This document shows positions 60,766 to 64,000 of a stretch of DNA of 64,000 nucleotides, in pieces; positions within the stretch are counted from its first letter, which is position 1; the number at the start of each line of letters is the position of its first letter. The position numbers were made by a program, and so were the translations under genes. Source of the DNA: Macrostomum lignano (lineage: Eukaryota); assembly GCA_002269645.1 (NCBI GenBank), contig NIVC01003232.1, positions 1-64,000 of the forward strand, given 5' to 3'. Under the pieces are notes generated by a model, which saw only the letters and a program-made list of their open reading frames with translations, searched no databases and had not been told where the DNA came from.

Positions 60766-63700
60766 ATCTGAATTGGAGATAGCTCCAACTGATCTGTACC
60801 ATGATCAACGTGCATCATCGAGCAAGGCTTCAGCACCTGTTGTTACCAACCGAAATGAAGACTCGCGTGTCTCAATCAATGACAAGCGTCCTGTCAAGAG
60901 AGATCTTCTGTCATTTATGTCTCAAAAGGTATTCATTCTACTGATATATTTGTATATTTACTCTAGGCTTTAACATGCTTAGACCAATTAGTCAAAAAGG
61001 CAGTAAGAGCGTCTACCTTTCATCAAAAGGTTAATTTAAGAATAAGAACAAAATTATAAGTTTTCCTTCTTATCCAGTACTTCATTATTTGATAGATAAT
61101 TAGATTTCCAGTTTATGAAACATCATATAGTCTTATTTTCCATCCGAACTGTAAGAATCGTCCAAAGACAAAAGATTGTGTTGATGTATTGACTTCCATG
61201 CATGTTTGTTACTAAGTGCTAATCTAATGTATAATATTTTTTTAATAATTTGGGTTCTGCAATGTAAATTGGCCTGTGAATTACTAGGGACAGCCAAGGG
61301 TGGCAGTGATCGACTTTATGGCTTAATTATATGGATTCTCGGAATTCCGTACAAAAATATCTTCAGAAAAAACTACCCGCTTTAATACTTTAGGTTATGG
61401 GAACGAGCTCAGTCGAACGTAAAGTTTCTGACGTCCACAATTCCGCCGTTCAAAGAAAGCTGAGTGGTGCAGAGGAGCTGGATCGTACTGATCACACTAG
61501 TCCTGCAGATACACAGTGTGAAAAACCAGATAACGACCACAACGTCTGTAACGCAGATTCTCATCCCTCTAGGGACGTTTTTGGCCAAGATGTGATTCAC
61601 TTTTTGTCAGAGGAGTATGGAAGTACTTATCAGTCACAGCTTGACATGTCAGCTATTATGAATACAACGCTTGCACAGCAAAAAGAATGTTTTGAGTCTC
61701 GCACTGTTTCGGGAAGTTCAGATTTAGCAGCAGTGCAAACCTCACCGCCAGTAGCGCCAATCAGTCAAACTGAATCAACGACAGTTTTGCGAAACTGCGC
61801 TGGAGCTTCTGCAAGTGACTCGCATGTTGAAACTGATGAATTTTGTGCAGAAGACTCTGAGTCCAGTCTAGATGCACTCAATATCATCTCGGCGGTTGAA
61901 AGCTTCAGTTCGGCTATTGACCAGGAAACTGAAGATGGTGTTTCATTCATGAAGAAACCGAAGACAACACTGAAACCTTCTAAAATTGAGTTTTCTGTGT
62001 CTCAGTCAACATCGACTTATCACAAGTGGAAATCGTCTGTTAGCGTTCCGGAAGAACTTGTGCGGAAGCTGCCTAAACCTGCTGTTCAGCCAAGGTTGCC
62101 CCCTGAACTGGCTCAAAGTCATTCGGGACCACACGTTCTGAAGTCAAGTCTGAACATCGATTTCAAGAAGCAAGCAACCACTAAGGCGGAACTGAGATTT
62201 AATTCATTGACTGTTGAAAAGCAAGATTGTCCATCAATCAGGGAAAACCCTCCTGATGAATCCAAACGCGAAAAGCCTCCAGTAAAGCTTGTCATTAAGA
62301 CGCTCTCTCGTGAATCAAAGCCTCAAAGGGTTGTCATCGTCTCCTGCTCCAGTTCAGTTCGTCGAGAGACCACTAATCATTCAAATGATGACAGCGATTC
62401 AGACTCGTGTGGTCGAAATTCAACTAGCTATGGTGCTACACAAGCAAATCAAGGTGTATCGGCGCCTGTTTCACAATCTCAAGCCTCCACAGAAAAAAAT
62501 TCCGGTTCTAGCACAACTAACCAAGGTGGCACGGAGCAATCACGCTCACTTTGCTTTTGTTCAATGCAGCCAGTTGTGAAAATTTCAGCAATTGATTCAA
62601 TGGCTCCGCCACTTAGTGACAAAGTCTTATCATTTCGGAGCTCTGCACCATCAACTTGGGGTTCCTTGCAAGATTTATTTCATCGCGCTTGTATCGCTCA
62701 GCAGCCCTCGGGTAAGTCTCAGACTTCGGTCGCACTTAAAGCGCAGACTGCCACAGATAAAAAGACTAAGTCAATGCAAAGTACTCCCGCAGAGCTAAAG
62801 CGATTGTCAGATTCGACTGGCTTTTGCGCTTTTGCCAACATCCCTGACAAGCGCGAATCTACAAAGATTGCAGCTCTTTACCAGCACGCCCTTCTGGCTC
62901 AGAGTCAAATCCGTCAAAAAGACTGCTTGAGGCCGGATTCCTTGCTGGCAGATAATTTAACTGAAGTCCAGAAGTCTATGCCTCCTAAGTCTAAGTCAGC
63001 TGTCAGAAAAGAGACTTCGCGCATGCTAATTTCAAATGAAATATTTTCGTCTAAAAAGCATTCAAACCGTATTCGACGTCAGATTCGTGACAAACGACGC
63101 TCCAAGTTTCGCCATTTGCGTGCTGTCCAAGGCTTTCAAGTTCAACCACCAAAATTTGTTAACAAAGAGCCCAGAGCGCATAAACATATTAAACCAAAGC
63201 AGCTTGACCCTTTAGTCGCAGCCTCCTTCCGACGAGGAACTGAAGAGCCAACGGTAGACCACTTTGGCCGTTCTTCCCTGCATATTGCCATGGATACTAC
63301 TGATGAGGCAACCCTAAATTTTGTTGTCAATGTTTACAAGGAAAACGATGACCTCGACTGCAAGGATAATGAAGGTTTGACACCGCTAATGTTAGCATGC
63401 CGAAATGGTAACAGCAAAGCTGCATCGTTGCTGCTGTCTGCTGGTGCTTCAAGCAGCGAAACCTTTCCAGTATCAGGTAACACACTGCTCCACGAGGCTG
63501 TTTTGCAGTCGAATCTTCCTTTAGTTAAAAGTCTCGTTGACTTTGGTGCTGATCTCACGACCAAAAACGCAAAAGGTTTCTGTGCGATGGACTTGTCTAC
63601 CTCTACAGAGATATCGGAGTTTCTAAGGCCAATTTCAGACTACTGTTTGCGTTATGAATCATCAAAGATTCGAATTATCCATTCTGAAAGAAAACTTCCA

Positions 63701-64000
63701 ACGATTTATCTTTTAAGTTTGCTAGATGATCATGGGGTGAAAGGAGCACCGTGTGTGATTAAGTCAGAGCTCTGCAACTCGCTTGGAGTGTCACCTGAGT
63801 ATTTTGACGTCCACTATAGTGGAAAAATGACGAGCCATGTTATGGACAATTCTGTTATTCTTGGAAGAATTATCAATCCTCACCTCAAAGAGTCGTTTGA
63901 GCTTTCAACAAGAACGTCATCGAGTACTACACTTATAGAAGTCAACGAATTCTTTTTCCGCATGTTTCACGAGTACACCTTCAGTGAAAAGAGGAGTCGT
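60766..64000 (+). CDS. Ankyrin-repeat protein (partial): exon 60766-60928 and a >2.6-kb exon from 61394 running off the window; possibly BCOR-like
   Basis: By-hand translation of 61394-64000 is stop-free (missing from the ORF track because it has no stop). It has a long Ser/Thr/Lys-rich region, then DHFGRSSLHIAM, DNEGLTPLMLACRNGNSKAASLLLSAGA, SGNTLLHEAVLQSNLPLVKSLVDFGADLTTKNAKG. Phase-0 junction 60928/61394. Confidence 0.88.

Overview
Eukaryotic (animal) genomic DNA with spliced GT-AG genes and very dense repeats. The style (GC3-rich exons, poly-Ala/Gln/Pro runs, intronic minisatellites) suggests a free-living flatworm such as Macrostomum; this is an inference only. Genes reconstructed by hand: (1) a DUR3-type urea/Na+:solute symporter on the minus strand (1493-8671, 9 exons, one apparent 1-bp frameshift); (2) a tandem cluster of three intronless genes for an unrecognised secreted protein (signal peptide + very acidic segment + 8-Cys domain) at 11725, 16145 and 20178; (3) an intact tRNA-Cys(GCA); (4) a small single-pass membrane protein; (5) a hillarin/KY-family transglutaminase-like protein with a huge low-complexity N-terminus; (6) a 9-exon coiled-coil protein on the minus strand (38526-50385); (7) a 191-aa three-exon orphan gene; (8) the start of an ankyrin-repeat protein running off the right edge. 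Mobile DNA includes seven copies of a tRNA-derived CORE-like SINE, a dead Penelope-like element nested in one SINE, I/R1-type and RTE LINE fragments, a probable solo LTR between 395-bp direct repeats, a hAT/Charlie-bounded 5.6-kb block and foldback elements. The best candidate for an undescribed system is the secreted acidic/8-Cys gene cluster. All alignments and counts were done by eye; no database searches were run.
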